In this document: positions 1 through 8,618 of the stretch, piece by piece
Numbering within the stretch: position 1 is the first letter of the stretch
Layout of the letters: every line of letters begins with the position of its first letter
Virus record (IMG/VR): IMGVR_UViG_3300043493_000078
DNA from: a virus
DNA length: 61,367 nt
Reading direction: 5' to 3' (one strand)
Made by a program: the position numbers and the translations under genes
The notes under the pieces: generated by a model
Told to the model about the DNA's origin: nothing
Databases searched by the model: none
What the model saw: only the letters and a program-made list of their open reading frames with translations

Positions 1-127
1 TATGACGGCGGGTCTTTCAGGCACAATGGCCGGCACTATGAAAAACGGCGCGCGCAGAATTTCGAGAACTGGGTGGCGTGGGCCACACATTTCGCGGTCT
101 ATGTGCCGTATCTCAACAAGAACGGAA
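1..127. repeat. Terminal overlap: bases 1-127 are identical to 61241-61367, so the unique genome is 61,240 bp and circular or circularly permuted
   Basis: Read directly: both ends spell tatgacggcgggtctttcaggcacaatggcc...ctcaacaagaacggaa. An ORF continues in frame across the junction. Confidence 0.95.
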
Positions 128-219
128 TCAGCATCCTGAATGCCTGTCCATCATCGGCGATCCACTGTTTTCAAAAGGTCACGCTGGACGACGGGGTGAA
201 CTGGGTCTGTGGGGCGTGA
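1..219 (+). CDS. 3' part of the DUF115/MptE-like (Maf-type) putative glycosyltransferase gene that starts at 60800
   Basis: Frame 1 is open from base 1 to TGA 217-219. Joining across the junction gives a 219-aa protein. Confidence 0.6.
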   Translation, partial: YDGGSFRHNGRHYEKRRAQNFENWVAWATHFAVYVPYLNKNGISILNACPSSAIHCFQKVTLDDGVNWVCGA

Positions 220-220
220 A

Positions 221-712
221 ATGTTGACACACGAACGTCTGCTGTCATTGCTTTCATACGAAAAACATACCGGCATCTTTAGGTGGCGGGTGGCGCGCTC
301 AAATGTGGCTGCTGGCAGTGTCGCTGGCGCAATCAGCAAGATCTCTGGTTACAGGGAAATTCGCCTGGATCGCAGGTTATATGGGGCTGCGCGGTTGGCA
401 TGGTTCTACGTGACTGGGGACTGGCCAAAGGTGACGGTTGATCATTGTGATACCGACCGCACGAATGATGCTTGGGAAAACCTGCGCGAAGCAAGCTACA
501 CCGAGCAAGCTCAGAACAGACCAAACCGTAGCGACAACAAGAGCGGCTTCAAGGGCGTGTCTCGCCATTCGCACAACGCACGATGGATAGCTAACATCTG
601 TATTGAAAAACGACAAACTTATCTCGGCTCGTTTGATGATCCTGCAGTGGCATACGCAGCTTATTTGATGGCGGCGCAAAAACACTTCGGGAAATTCGCC
701 AATGGCGGATGA
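221..712 (+). CDS. HNH homing endonuclease with C-terminal AP2 DNA-binding domain
   Basis: HNH_3-like DHCDTDRTNDAWENLREAS, then AP2-like SGFKGVSRH..RWIANI...YLGSFDDPAVAYAAY. ATG 221 lies 1 nt after the upstream stop. Confidence 0.8.
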   Translation: MLTHERLLSLLSYEKHTGIFRWRVARSNVAAGSVAGAISKISGYREIRLDRRLYGAARLAWFYVTGDWPKVTVDHCDTDRTNDAWENLREASYTEQAQNRPNRSDNKSGFKGVSRHSHNARWIANICIEKRQTYLGSFDDPAVAYAAYLMAAQKHFGKFANGG

Positions 713-1418
713 ATGCATATACATCGGCTACGATCAACGGCCAGCCGAAGTCTTGAGCTTTGCGGTTGCCCGCCATTCCATCAAGCGCAGGCTCAACCTG
801 CCAATCCCGATTTACGGGCTGCTTCTACAAGAGTTGAAAGAAGCGGGACTGTACTTGCGCAACATCGAGGTCCGCGATGGGCGTTTGTGGGACACGATCT
901 CTAATGCACCGATGGCTACTGAGTTTGCGATCAGCCGGTTTCTGGTGCCGTATATCGCGCGCGATGGCTGGGCATTGTTCGTGGATTGCGATGTCATGGC
1001 ACGGGTCAGCCTCACTCAGTTATTCGCATGCGGTGATCCCAGCAAGGCTTGCATGGTGGTCAAGCACGATCACCGTCCAAGCGGCGACACCAAGATGGAT
1101 GGGCAGGTGCAGACCGCCTATCCGCGCAAGAACTGGTCGAGCGTGGTGCTCTGGAATTGCGACCATCCCGGCACGAGGTGCCTGACACCTGCGCTCGTCA
1201 ACGCAAGGCCGGGACTCTGGTTGCATCAGTTCTCATGGCTGGACGACAACGACATCGGCGAACTCGATCCGCGCTGGAATCACTTGGTCGGGGAGGTCCT
1301 GCCACGGCAGGACGCCAAGCTGGTGCATTTCACCAACGGCACTCCGAACATGGCGGGTTATGAGGATTGTGAGTTCGCCGACGAATGGCGGGAAGAGCTC
1401 GAACGGTGGGCCGCATGA
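702..1418 (+). CDS. Nucleotide-sugar glycosyltransferase, GT8/GT-A-like
   Basis: 238 aa with a DxD-type motif (LFVDCDV) and the N-terminal IYIGYD pattern of small GT-A enzymes. Overlaps neighbours by 11 and 4 nt. Confidence 0.55.
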   Translation: MADECIYIGYDQRPAEVLSFAVARHSIKRRLNLPIPIYGLLLQELKEAGLYLRNIEVRDGRLWDTISNAPMATEFAISRFLVPYIARDGWALFVDCDVMARVSLTQLFACGDPSKACMVVKHDHRPSGDTKMDGQVQTAYPRKNWSSVVLWNCDHPGTRCLTPALVNARPGLWLHQFSWLDDNDIGELDPRWNHLVGEVLPRQDAKLVHFTNGTPNMAGYEDCEFADEWREELERWAA

Positions 1419-2380
1419 AATTGCTCGTCATCGGGCCCGACATCCGCGATTTCCGCAGGGTAAAGAACTTCACAGGTGTGCAGGCCTACTATCTTGCGCG
1501 CGAACTGCGAAGGCGCGGTGTCGAACTATGGTTCGTTGACGGCAAGCACGTCAACCCGCTGCAGCAGCTCGCGGCGTTGGACGCTCACGGGGCCGACCAT
1601 GTGCTGGCGCTTGGCCTGCGCTGGTTCACACACAAACCGATTGGCTGCGCAACGATCTTGAAGGGCAAGGTCAATGGCGCGGTCACGCAATTGCACGACG
1701 GCCTGGTGCACGAATATCTGGCCCCGCACCTGATCGGGGTGGATTGCACGTTCACCTTCCGTGACGACAGCACGCGGACCAAGGAGTGGGATCGCTACGC
1801 CAAGACCAACCATTACATCGGATGGGCGGCCGACCCCGACGTTCTGTTCCCGCAGCAGAGCGCGAGCATGCTGAGCGTCTTGATCGACCACTGCTATTAT
1901 AAGGGCGGGATGCCGGACATCACCTCGGACGTCACCGCAGACGTGATGGGGTTCGCGGCAAGGGGCGAGTGGCGTGACCGCTACACGGCGATCCGGGTGC
2001 GCAGGCTCGTCAATGGCGGCGCGGAGACCATCACTGTTGCCAACGTCGAGACGCAGCCGTTCGACCGCAAGCACATTCCATTCGAGGACATCGCCCGCGA
2101 GTATCGGCAGACCCACGTCTACATGGTCACCCACAAGGAAAGCGTTGGGCTCACGTGCCTGGAGCTGGCGTTCTGCGGCGCGCTGACGGTGGCGCCCGTG
2201 GGAATGATCTACAAGGACCGATTACAGACCATCAGCAATATCCAATACAACGGCACGCGCGCGCCGTGGACCGAGGTGCTCAACGCAATCAACATCGGGG
2301 CGGCCGCGAATCTGGCGCGAGAGCAGACCTGGGACAAGGTCGTTGAACGGATGCTGACGTGGTTCGGAGGCTATCGGTAA
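1415..2380 (+). CDS. Hypothetical protein, possible glycosyltransferase
   Basis: ATGA overlap with the upstream gene. The N-terminus MKLLVIGPD...YYLARELRRRGVELWFV resembles a GT-B Rossmann start. Assignment rests mainly on context. Confidence 0.35.
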   Translation: MKLLVIGPDIRDFRRVKNFTGVQAYYLARELRRRGVELWFVDGKHVNPLQQLAALDAHGADHVLALGLRWFTHKPIGCATILKGKVNGAVTQLHDGLVHEYLAPHLIGVDCTFTFRDDSTRTKEWDRYAKTNHYIGWAADPDVLFPQQSASMLSVLIDHCYYKGGMPDITSDVTADVMGFAARGEWRDRYTAIRVRRLVNGGAETITVANVETQPFDRKHIPFEDIAREYRQTHVYMVTHKESVGLTCLELAFCGALTVAPVGMIYKDRLQTISNIQYNGTRAPWTEVLNAINIGAAANLAREQTWDKVVERMLTWFGGYR

Positions 2381-2466
2381 TGTCACAAAATCTGGTGGGT
2401 TTCGTTTGGATATTGGCGCTGCTTGGCGCCGGCATCCTTGTCTACGTGCTGTTCATGCCATGGTAA
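2380..2466 (+). CDS. 28-aa hydrophobic micro-ORF (single transmembrane helix)
   Basis: MSQNLVGFVWILALLGAGILVYVLFMPW. TAATG overlap upstream and a 7-nt overlap with the downstream ATG 2460. Below the ORF-track length cut-off. Confidence 0.4.
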   Translation: MSQNLVGFVWILALLGAGILVYVLFMPW

Positions 2467-3110
2467 CGATCATCGCATGCGTGCGCACCGGTACCGCCTA
2501 TCCGTTCGAGTACGTCATCAAGCTGCGCAACATGGTGCAGCTCCACATGCACCGCCCCTTCGAGTTGGTCTGCATGACCGACCAGCCAGAGCGTTGCGAT
2601 GGAGTGACCTTTATCGACATTGCCGAAATCGCCCTTCCGGGATGGTGGGCGAAGCTTATTCTGTTCGCCCCCGAGTGGCGCGCCCTTCACAAGATCGTGT
2701 ACTTTGACTTGGATACCCTGATCATCAACGACATCACACCACTTGCGGATGTGCCGGGCGAGTTCGCGATTCTGGAAAGCCCGGTGCGGCAAGCGGGCAT
2801 CGCCAGCTATCCCTGCAAGTACAATTCGTCGGTGATGGTGATCGGTGCAGGCATGGCGAGTTTCGTCTGGACCCGCTTCGACCGGCAACGCGATCAGCTG
2901 ATGGCGCGCCATGAGCGATACGGCGACCAGAAGGTGATCGAGGAGCTGTATCCTTCGGCGTTGTTCCTGGCGCCATTGCTGCCAAAAAACTTCTTTATCA
3001 ATTACAGATACCTAACCATGCACAGGCCGCAGGCTTCGGTGGTGAATTTCGGTGGCTCACACAAGCCTGCGAACTGCCAGATCCCATGGGTGCAGCAGCA
3101 GTGGGCGTGA
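2460..3110 (+). CDS. Glycosyltransferase-like protein (GT-A fold, DxD)
   Basis: VTIIACVRTG...YFDLDTLIINDI (DxD). The ATG at 2460 is in frame with ORF 2406-3110. Confidence 0.5.
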   Translation: MVTIIACVRTGTAYPFEYVIKLRNMVQLHMHRPFELVCMTDQPERCDGVTFIDIAEIALPGWWAKLILFAPEWRALHKIVYFDLDTLIINDITPLADVPGEFAILESPVRQAGIASYPCKYNSSVMVIGAGMASFVWTRFDRQRDQLMARHERYGDQKVIEELYPSALFLAPLLPKNFFINYRYLTMHRPQASVVNFGGSHKPANCQIPWVQQQWA

Positions 3111-3751
3111 TGGTCTTCGAGATCGACGGGTTGGCGATCAACATCATCGACATTGACGACCGCATGGTCGTGCACATGCGCGCGGGCGATGGCTACGAGC
3201 ACGACAGTTTGACCGCGTGGGCGCGGCTGATCAAACCCGGTCGGGTTGCCATCGACGTCGGTGCCTACACCGGATTGTTTTCGATCATCGCGGCGTTGCG
3301 CGGCGCTTATGCGGTTGCGCTCGAACCGATGCCGGCAAACCGGTGGCGGCTAAGTGCAAATGCGGCGCTCAACAAGGCAAATGTGAAGATTATCGGGTGT
3401 GCCGCTTCCGACTGTAATGGGATGGCAAAGCTCAATTACAACCCGCGCGTCCCACTTACTACTGGAGCAAGTTTGGAGGTCGGCGTGAAGGCTCACGCAG
3501 AGAGCCTACTAGTGCCGTGTTTGACCATCGATTCGCTCGCGTACACGGAAGTTGCCGCTATAAAGCTGGATGTTGAGCGGCACGAGCTTTCGGTGTTGCG
3601 CGGCGCGATGCAAATCATCAAACGAGATCGTCCTGCGATGTTGATCGAGACGCTGGATGACGAGATGCGAGTCCAGGTCATGAAACTGCTTCCGCGTTAC
3701 GCCGTCGCTGCCGTGCTCGACACGCGGAATACGTTGTTTGTCCCAAAATAG
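3110..3751 (+). CDS. FkbM-family SAM-dependent methyltransferase
   Basis: Motif I AIDVGAYTGLFS and the FkbM signature IKLDVERHELSVLRGA. TGATG overlap with the upstream gene. Confidence 0.75.
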   Translation: MVFEIDGLAINIIDIDDRMVVHMRAGDGYEHDSLTAWARLIKPGRVAIDVGAYTGLFSIIAALRGAYAVALEPMPANRWRLSANAALNKANVKIIGCAASDCNGMAKLNYNPRVPLTTGASLEVGVKAHAESLLVPCLTIDSLAYTEVAAIKLDVERHELSVLRGAMQIIKRDRPAMLIETLDDEMRVQVMKLLPRYAVAAVLDTRNTLFVPK

Positions 3752-3756
3752 AAAAA

Positions 3757-3781
3757 GGGACAGGCGTTGCGCGCCTGCCCC
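3757..3781. terminator. GC hairpin flanked by an A-run upstream (a T-run on the minus strand): terminator-like, possibly bidirectional
   Basis: GGGaCAGGCG ttgcg CGCCTGcCCC, preceded by aaaatagaaaaa. There is no T-run on the plus side. Confidence 0.35.
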
Positions 3782-3811
3782 TCTCCCTTCAGCTGCGTAG
3801 AGCTTCCAGAC

Positions 3812-3859
3812 ACGCACAGCAATGCATTGTTGGACATCATGGACTAAAAGGCCGTGCGC
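3812..3859 (+). repeat. Degenerate copy of the stem/A/N9/core/N9/TG/stem hairpin module
   Basis: ACGCACAGC-A-atgcattgt-TGGACATCA-tggactaaa-AG-GCCGTGCGC. The core matches 8/9 and 7/9 stem positions pair. Confidence 0.4.
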
Positions 3860-3885
3860 TCCACCGTTTTACATAGGAGCGTGAA

Positions 3886-4251
3886 ATGCCACAAGGGCCG
3901 TTCGCGGGGACAGCATATCTAAAAGTCGATGGCGACATGTATCCACTAAAGGGGAACCTGACAGTATCGGCATCGGTGGTCGAGCGCACGGGCATTGCCG
4001 GACAAGACTACGTGCACGGCTACCAGGAACTACCGCGCGTGCCCTACATCGAGGGCGACGTGTCTACGCTGCCAGAGGTCAGCACCGAGTTTCTGGAATC
4101 GGTGATCGACGGCACTGTAACCGCAGAGCTGATCAACGGCACGACCTATGTCCTGCATAACGCTTGGACAAAAGGGCCGATTGACGTGAACACTCATGAC
4201 GGCCAGTTCCGCATTCGCTTCGAGGGGACCGGCTGCGAAGAAATGAAGTAA
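3886..4251 (+). CDS. Tail tube protein (Mu gpM / Phage_tube_2-like)
   Basis: 121 aa, SD taggag, directly upstream of the chaperone/frameshift/tape-measure set. The pattern G.AYLKVDG...GNLT...ERTGIAG is typical of this family. Confidence 0.7.
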   Translation: MPQGPFAGTAYLKVDGDMYPLKGNLTVSASVVERTGIAGQDYVHGYQELPRVPYIEGDVSTLPEVSTEFLESVIDGTVTAELINGTTYVLHNAWTKGPIDVNTHDGQFRIRFEGTGCEEMK

Positions 4252-4261
4252 CAGGAGCCGC

Positions 4262-4612
4262 GTGATGCCAGCTGAATCGGTGGCAAAGGTTATCGAGGCC
4301 AAGAAAGAAGAGCCGAACCCCAACGAGATCGTGGTCGATCTTACCGTTGCCGTGCAGGCGCATGGCGAGACGATCAAGAAGCTCAAGTTCCGCAAGCCGA
4401 CCGGCGGCGACATCATGCAGGCCGAGGTTTGGCCGATAGCGGTTAACCCGCTGACCGGTCAGGTAATGCCAGTACCTGCGGTGATGGGGCAGATGATGTC
4501 GCTGCTGGCGGCCGTGCCGCCATCGACTATCAAGGCGCTTGACGGTTCCGACTTCGCTGACTGCGCGATGACGCTCTCGCGTTTTTTCCAGCCAAGCGGA
4601 TGGTGGAGGTAA
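4262..4612 (+). CDS. Tail assembly chaperone (zero-frame product)
   Basis: 116 aa between tube and tape measure. Contains a slippery heptamer near its 3' end. Confidence 0.75.
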   Translation: MMPAESVAKVIEAKKEEPNPNEIVVDLTVAVQAHGETIKKLKFRKPTGGDIMQAEVWPIAVNPLTGQVMPVPAVMGQMMSLLAAVPPSTIKALDGSDFADCAMTLSRFFQPSGWWR

Positions 4613-4767
4613 TCCTCACGGCATACCGCTTGGCCAAGTACTACTCGCGACCGCCGTCAGAGTTTCTCGCAATGCCGCTCATGGAGCTCGAGCGCCATGC
4701 GTGGTGGACCGACTACCTGATCGAGACGGCAGAAGCAAAGCGGCCAAGGCACAGCAATGGCGGATGA
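4262..4767 (+). CDS. Tail assembly chaperone -1 frameshift fusion product (about 168 aa)
   Basis: The -1 extension PAKRMVEVILTAYRLAKYYSRPPSEFLAMPLMELERHAWWTDYLIETAEAKR... ends 10 nt into the tape-measure gene. Confidence 0.75.
4582..4588 (+). promoter_or_regulatory. Programmed -1 ribosomal frameshift site T_TTT_TTC
   Basis: The zero frame reads CGT TTT TTC. The -1 frame stays open from 4588 for 59 codons to TGA 4765-4767. Confidence 0.8.
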
Positions 4768-7700
4768 CGTTCTCCGATTAAAAGCGACAGTCGTCAGCGA
4801 GGAAGCGCTGGCGAACATTCGCGCGATCGGCCGCGAGATTGGTCTGGTGCCCGCGCGCGCCGGCAAAGGGGTGGCGGAGGTCAACACCCAGTTCGGCAAG
4901 CTGGGCGAGACCTTAAAGAAAGTAACCGGCGACGTTAAGAGTCTGGTCCCGGGGCTGAGTAGCTTTGGCATCGGCGCAGGATCGGCGGGCGCCGCCCTGG
5001 CCGCGTTGGTCGTCAACGCCACCAACGTTTCCCGGAAACTTGTCGACCTAAAATATGCATCACATGAGCTTGCCATGTCCGAGCGCGATCTTCGCGCTTG
5101 GTCACTGGCGGCCGAGAAGGTCGGCATTGCACCCGACTCGATGCGGGCTGGCCTTGCCAGCTTCAAGACCACCATGGACGGGCTGCGCTACAACATCGGA
5201 GGCGTGCGCAGCGAGCTGTACGCGTTGGGTGCCGGTCCCATCGTCGCGCGCATGCAGGCAGCGACCACGCAGGCCGACAAGCTGCGCGAGGCGTTCAAGT
5301 TCAAGGAAACCTTGCTGACGCAGCGCGATGGTCAGCTCAAGGCCCGCGCGTTCTTCGACATGCTGGGTATCGGCGCCGACAAGGTGCGCTTGTCATACGA
5401 GGAGTTTGAGAGGGCACAAGGCAAGATCAAGCCGTTCTCGGCGGAAGACATCGAGAACGCCAGGAAGTTTCATGAGGGGATTACCGATCTCACCCAGGCT
5501 TGGGATCATCTCACCACCAAACTAGGCGTTACGACGTTCCCCGCGCTCACGAGGCTCGTGGAGTTTCTCGAAAAGGCCGTTGGCCTTATGGAGAAGTGGG
5601 AACGGCTCAACGAGAAATACAGTCTAAAGCCTCCTGCATGGACTCCGACCGATCCGACCGGCAAGCCGCTGCCGTTCGATCCAAACAACCCGGCGACATG
5701 GAAACAGCCGGACACGGCGAAGCCGGCAACAGCACCGCCTGCAGTACGGACACCGCAGACGTTGCGCGAGAGGATTCTGCGCTGGCGCGGCAAGCTTCCG
5801 CCGTTGCCTGAAGACGAGCAAGCGCCAGCAGCCCCAACAGTTCAGGAAATGAACGAGCAGCGGCAGATGCTGCTTGGAAAGAAACCGCTGCCGCCGGTCT
5901 CGAAGGGCAGCATGGTGCCCGACTGGGTCACGTCGAAGGTCTGGCAGAGCCTCAAGGACTTCGTCAGCATCCCGGGCAAGGCGATGGGGGGGCGCTATGC
6001 CCCCGGGCCCGAGACACCGGGGCAGTGGTCCGAGGAAGACGAGTTCAGGGCACGGATCGCGCGCGAGCAGGAGATCAAGGACGCGGCGCGTCTGGCCCCA
6101 TGGGCGCTGAGTGCCGGGACGTTCAGCCCAGGTGCCACCCTCCCGCGGAAAGCGGTGCCGGAAAGCGCACCCGGTGCGGCTCGTCAGGCGGGAGACGTGG
6201 TGGAGCAAACAGCTCCACGTCCGACCGTGCAGGAGATGAATGCGCGGCGCGGCAGATGGGGGCGCGCCACCGTGCAACCGATGTCACTGACGGAGGGCGG
6301 TGGCATCACGCTCGACGCCGCACAGTTCAAGGCGCTGGGGCAGAAGCCGCAGCAGGACGCGAGTGAAGCCAGCCGCATCGTCAAGGTCGGCGTGTTCGAT
6401 GCACTGGTCGAGTTCAAGAGCTATGTCGAGGCCGGCGCAGCGCCGAGCGAGAGCGGCGGCATTGTGCCCGCCTCCTTGACGACCGGCGGCATGCGGCCGA
6501 CCGGTGGCATGCCGGGCATGCCAGGATTCGGTGGCACAGGGCCCGGTGCTGCCGGCGTCCCCGGGGGGATTCCGAACCTGACGGCTCCTGGCGCGCCTGG
6601 GGCGGTCCCTGGTGCGCCCGCCGGTCCAGGTGCTCCCGGTGGCCCGGGCGGGCCTCCAGCGGCGCCCGGCGCTCCTCCAGGCGCTGGCGGGCCTCCCGCG
6701 GCACCCGGCACCGGCACCCCTGGCGTGCCGGCGCCAGGCGCGCCCGGCGCTCCCGGTGCCCCGCCGGGCGGCGGCGAGATGGGCGGACCAGCAGCGCTCG
6801 CGTTCGCGCGCCAGCATCTCGGCGAGGATGAAATTCGGGATCAGAGCAAGCTGCAGGACTTCTTCCGGTCGAAGGGCATCAACGTGAATCCACGCACGAC
6901 CGCGTGGTGTGCGGCATTCGTCAACGCCAACCTGCAGCAGGCCGGCATCAAGGGCACCGGATCGCTCGCGGCCGGGAGCTTCACCAATTACGGCACGGCA
7001 GTGAAGCCCGGCGAGGTCCAGCCCGGTGACATCGGTGTCGTTCGCGGGCGCTCGCCACGTACTGGCATAGAGGGTCAGCACGTCGGCTTCCTGACCGGCG
7101 AAAGCCGCATCAATCCCAAGACCGGGCAGCTTGAGTACAAGATGCTGGGCGGCAACCAGGGCGGCACCGCCAGCGGGCAAGGCGGCGTGTCCGAGCAGTG
7201 GCGGCCGGCGTCGAGCTTGCATTTGCGCCGCCCGCCGAGCCCAACCGGCGTTGCTACGGCGCCACCGCAGCCAATCGCACCGAGCGGCGTTTCGCAGCAA
7301 GGCGACACGCCCGCATCCTCTGCCAATGTTCGCTACAACAACCCGGGTGCACAGTATCCAAGCAAAGCTGCAGAAGGCTTCGGGCAGACCGGCTTCGGCA
7401 TCATCGGCGGCGGGCACAAGATCGCGCAATTCCCAACACCGGTGCATGGCGCGGCGGCGAACATTGACCTGTTGTCGCGCAAGTACACCGGCATGACCAT
7501 CGGCGATGCGATGCGAAAATGGAGCGGCGGAAGCCGCGCGGTTCCAGGTCCTTTGGGCAATTACGACCCCAAGACTGTCATCACACCGGAGATGATGCAG
7601 GACCCGCAGTTCGCGATCCCGTTCATGAAAGCTGTCGCTAGTGGCGAGGCTCGCGGTCGCTACCCGATGAGCGATGCGCAGTGGGAGCAGGCGCACCGCT

Positions 7701-8017
7701 GGGTGATGCAGGGTGGGCCAAAGGGCGAGCAAGCGCTGACACGAACGCAGGGGCCATCGAACAAGCCCACGGCATCAGCACAGCCACCGGTCGGCATGAA
7801 TCGCGGCCCCGACCGCATCGATCGCGCCATTGACGCCGGCAACGGTGGCGGCGGCATCAATGCCACAGGCAGCGTCAACGTCACGGTCAACAGCAACGGC
7901 ACCAGGGCATCGACCGACGTGAAGTCGGACGGGATGTTCCAGCAAACCTCTGTGCGCAGCCATCGGCAGATGGCGCCGACCGACAAGCCCGACATCGGCG
8001 CGAGCGGGGAGGAGTGA
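4757..8017 (+). CDS. Tail tape measure protein with embedded cell-wall hydrolase domain
   Basis: 1086 aa with a helical N-terminal half, directly after the chaperone frameshift pair. Confidence 0.9.
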   Translation: MADDVLRLKATVVSEEALANIRAIGREIGLVPARAGKGVAEVNTQFGKLGETLKKVTGDVKSLVPGLSSFGIGAGSAGAALAALVVNATNVSRKLVDLKYASHELAMSERDLRAWSLAAEKVGIAPDSMRAGLASFKTTMDGLRYNIGGVRSELYALGAGPIVARMQAATTQADKLREAFKFKETLLTQRDGQLKARAFFDMLGIGADKVRLSYEEFERAQGKIKPFSAEDIENARKFHEGITDLTQAWDHLTTKLGVTTFPALTRLVEFLEKAVGLMEKWERLNEKYSLKPPAWTPTDPTGKPLPFDPNNPATWKQPDTAKPATAPPAVRTPQTLRERILRWRGKLPPLPEDEQAPAAPTVQEMNEQRQMLLGKKPLPPVSKGSMVPDWVTSKVWQSLKDFVSIPGKAMGGRYAPGPETPGQWSEEDEFRARIAREQEIKDAARLAPWALSAGTFSPGATLPRKAVPESAPGAARQAGDVVEQTAPRPTVQEMNARRGRWGRATVQPMSLTEGGGITLDAAQFKALGQKPQQDASEASRIVKVGVFDALVEFKSYVEAGAAPSESGGIVPASLTTGGMRPTGGMPGMPGFGGTGPGAAGVPGGIPNLTAPGAPGAVPGAPAGPGAPGGPGGPPAAPGAPPGAGGPPAAPGTGTPGVPAPGAPGAPGAPPGGGEMGGPAALAFARQHLGEDEIRDQSKLQDFFRSKGINVNPRTTAWCAAFVNANLQQAGIKGTGSLAAGSFTNYGTAVKPGEVQPGDIGVVRGRSPRTGIEGQHVGFLTGESRINPKTGQLEYKMLGGNQGGTASGQGGVSEQWRPASSLHLRRPPSPTGVATAPPQPIAPSGVSQQGDTPASSANVRYNNPGAQYPSKAAEGFGQTGFGIIGGGHKIAQFPTPVHGAAANIDLLSRKYTGMTIGDAMRKWSGGSRAVPGPLGNYDPKTVITPEMMQDPQFAIPFMKAVASGEARGRYPMSDAQWEQAHRWVMQGGPKGEQALTRTQGPSNKPTASAQPPVGMNRGPDRIDRAIDAGNGGGGINATGSVNVTVNSNGTRASTDVKSDGMFQQTSVRSHRQMAPTDKPDIGASGEE
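6484..6790 (+). other. Pro/Gly/Ala low-complexity linker inside the tape measure protein
   Basis: GMRPTGGMPGMPGFGGTGPGAAGVPGG...APGAPGAPGAPPGGGE. Confidence 0.8.
6791..7165 (+). other. TIGR02594/NlpC-P60-like peptidoglycan hydrolase domain inside the tape measure protein
   Basis: ALAFARQHLGEDE...TAWCAAFVNANLQQAG...GQHVGFLTG...MLGGNQGG, carrying the Cys, His and GGNQ hallmarks of the family. Confidence 0.7.
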
Positions 8018-8018
8018 C

Positions 8019-8615
8019 ATGGAGATCATGCAGCTCAAGAACGCGTGGCGTAGCAAATGGCTCCCGGCGGAATTCCGTGGCGCGCTGTTCTTTGTCGAAA
8101 ACGATGTTCGCAGCGGCGGGCGCCGGGTCACGCTCCACCAGTATCCAAAGCGCAACATCCCCTACGCCGAAGACATGGGCCGCAGCGCCAACCGCTTCAT
8201 CGTGCAAGGTTACCTGATAGCTTTGCCCGGCAATGCGAAAAGCTATCTCGAATTGAAAAACGATCTCATCACGGAGCTGGAGAAGGACGGGCCAGGGTTA
8301 TTGCGGTTGCCGATGATCTATCTGCTCTCGGATGTGACCGTGATGGTGCAGAGCTACAGCATCACCGAGTCGCGCGAGCGCGGTGGCATGTGCGTCGTTG
8401 AGATGGACTTCATCGAGTACGGCGACCCGGTCTATCGGCCGAACATTTCGACGCCGCAGGAGATCACTCAGTCGGCCGACAACCTCGAGCAGACCGTCAT
8501 CAGCCCATGGGGAACCGGCCAGGGAAAAGAGGCGGCGCCCTATCTGGAGAACTACCAGCGCGCGTTGGAGGACGCGCAAGTGCAGATCGGCGACATCCAG
8601 ATCACGGGGGAATGA
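8019..8615 (+). CDS. DNA circulation protein, N-terminal domain (Mu gp43/gpN-like)
   Basis: LPAEFRGALFFVENDVRSGGRRVTLHQYPKRNIPYAEDMGR matches the DNA_circ_N signature. Confidence 0.7.
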   Translation: MEIMQLKNAWRSKWLPAEFRGALFFVENDVRSGGRRVTLHQYPKRNIPYAEDMGRSANRFIVQGYLIALPGNAKSYLELKNDLITELEKDGPGLLRLPMIYLLSDVTVMVQSYSITESRERGGMCVVEMDFIEYGDPVYRPNISTPQEITQSADNLEQTVISPWGTGQGKEAAPYLENYQRALEDAQVQIGDIQITGE

Positions 8616-8618
8616 TGG

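Noticed and set aside
6484-6790. The PGAPGAP stretch as a collagen-like or separate gene, or as a tandem DNA repeat.
   Set aside because: It has no strict G-X-Y periodicity and is in frame within the tape measure protein. It was treated as a low-complexity linker.
6284-7732. Long antisense or alternative-frame ORFs: 6284-7732(-), 9212-10183(-), 12037-12873(-), 13073-13753(-), 17717-18559(-), 19280-20089(-), 43904-44698(-), 54687-55763(-), 56270-57286(-), 59944-60780(-).
   Set aside because: They lie opposite well-supported structural or replication genes and have Arg/Gly/Pro/His-rich compositions with no motifs. They are typical shadow ORFs of GC-rich DNA.
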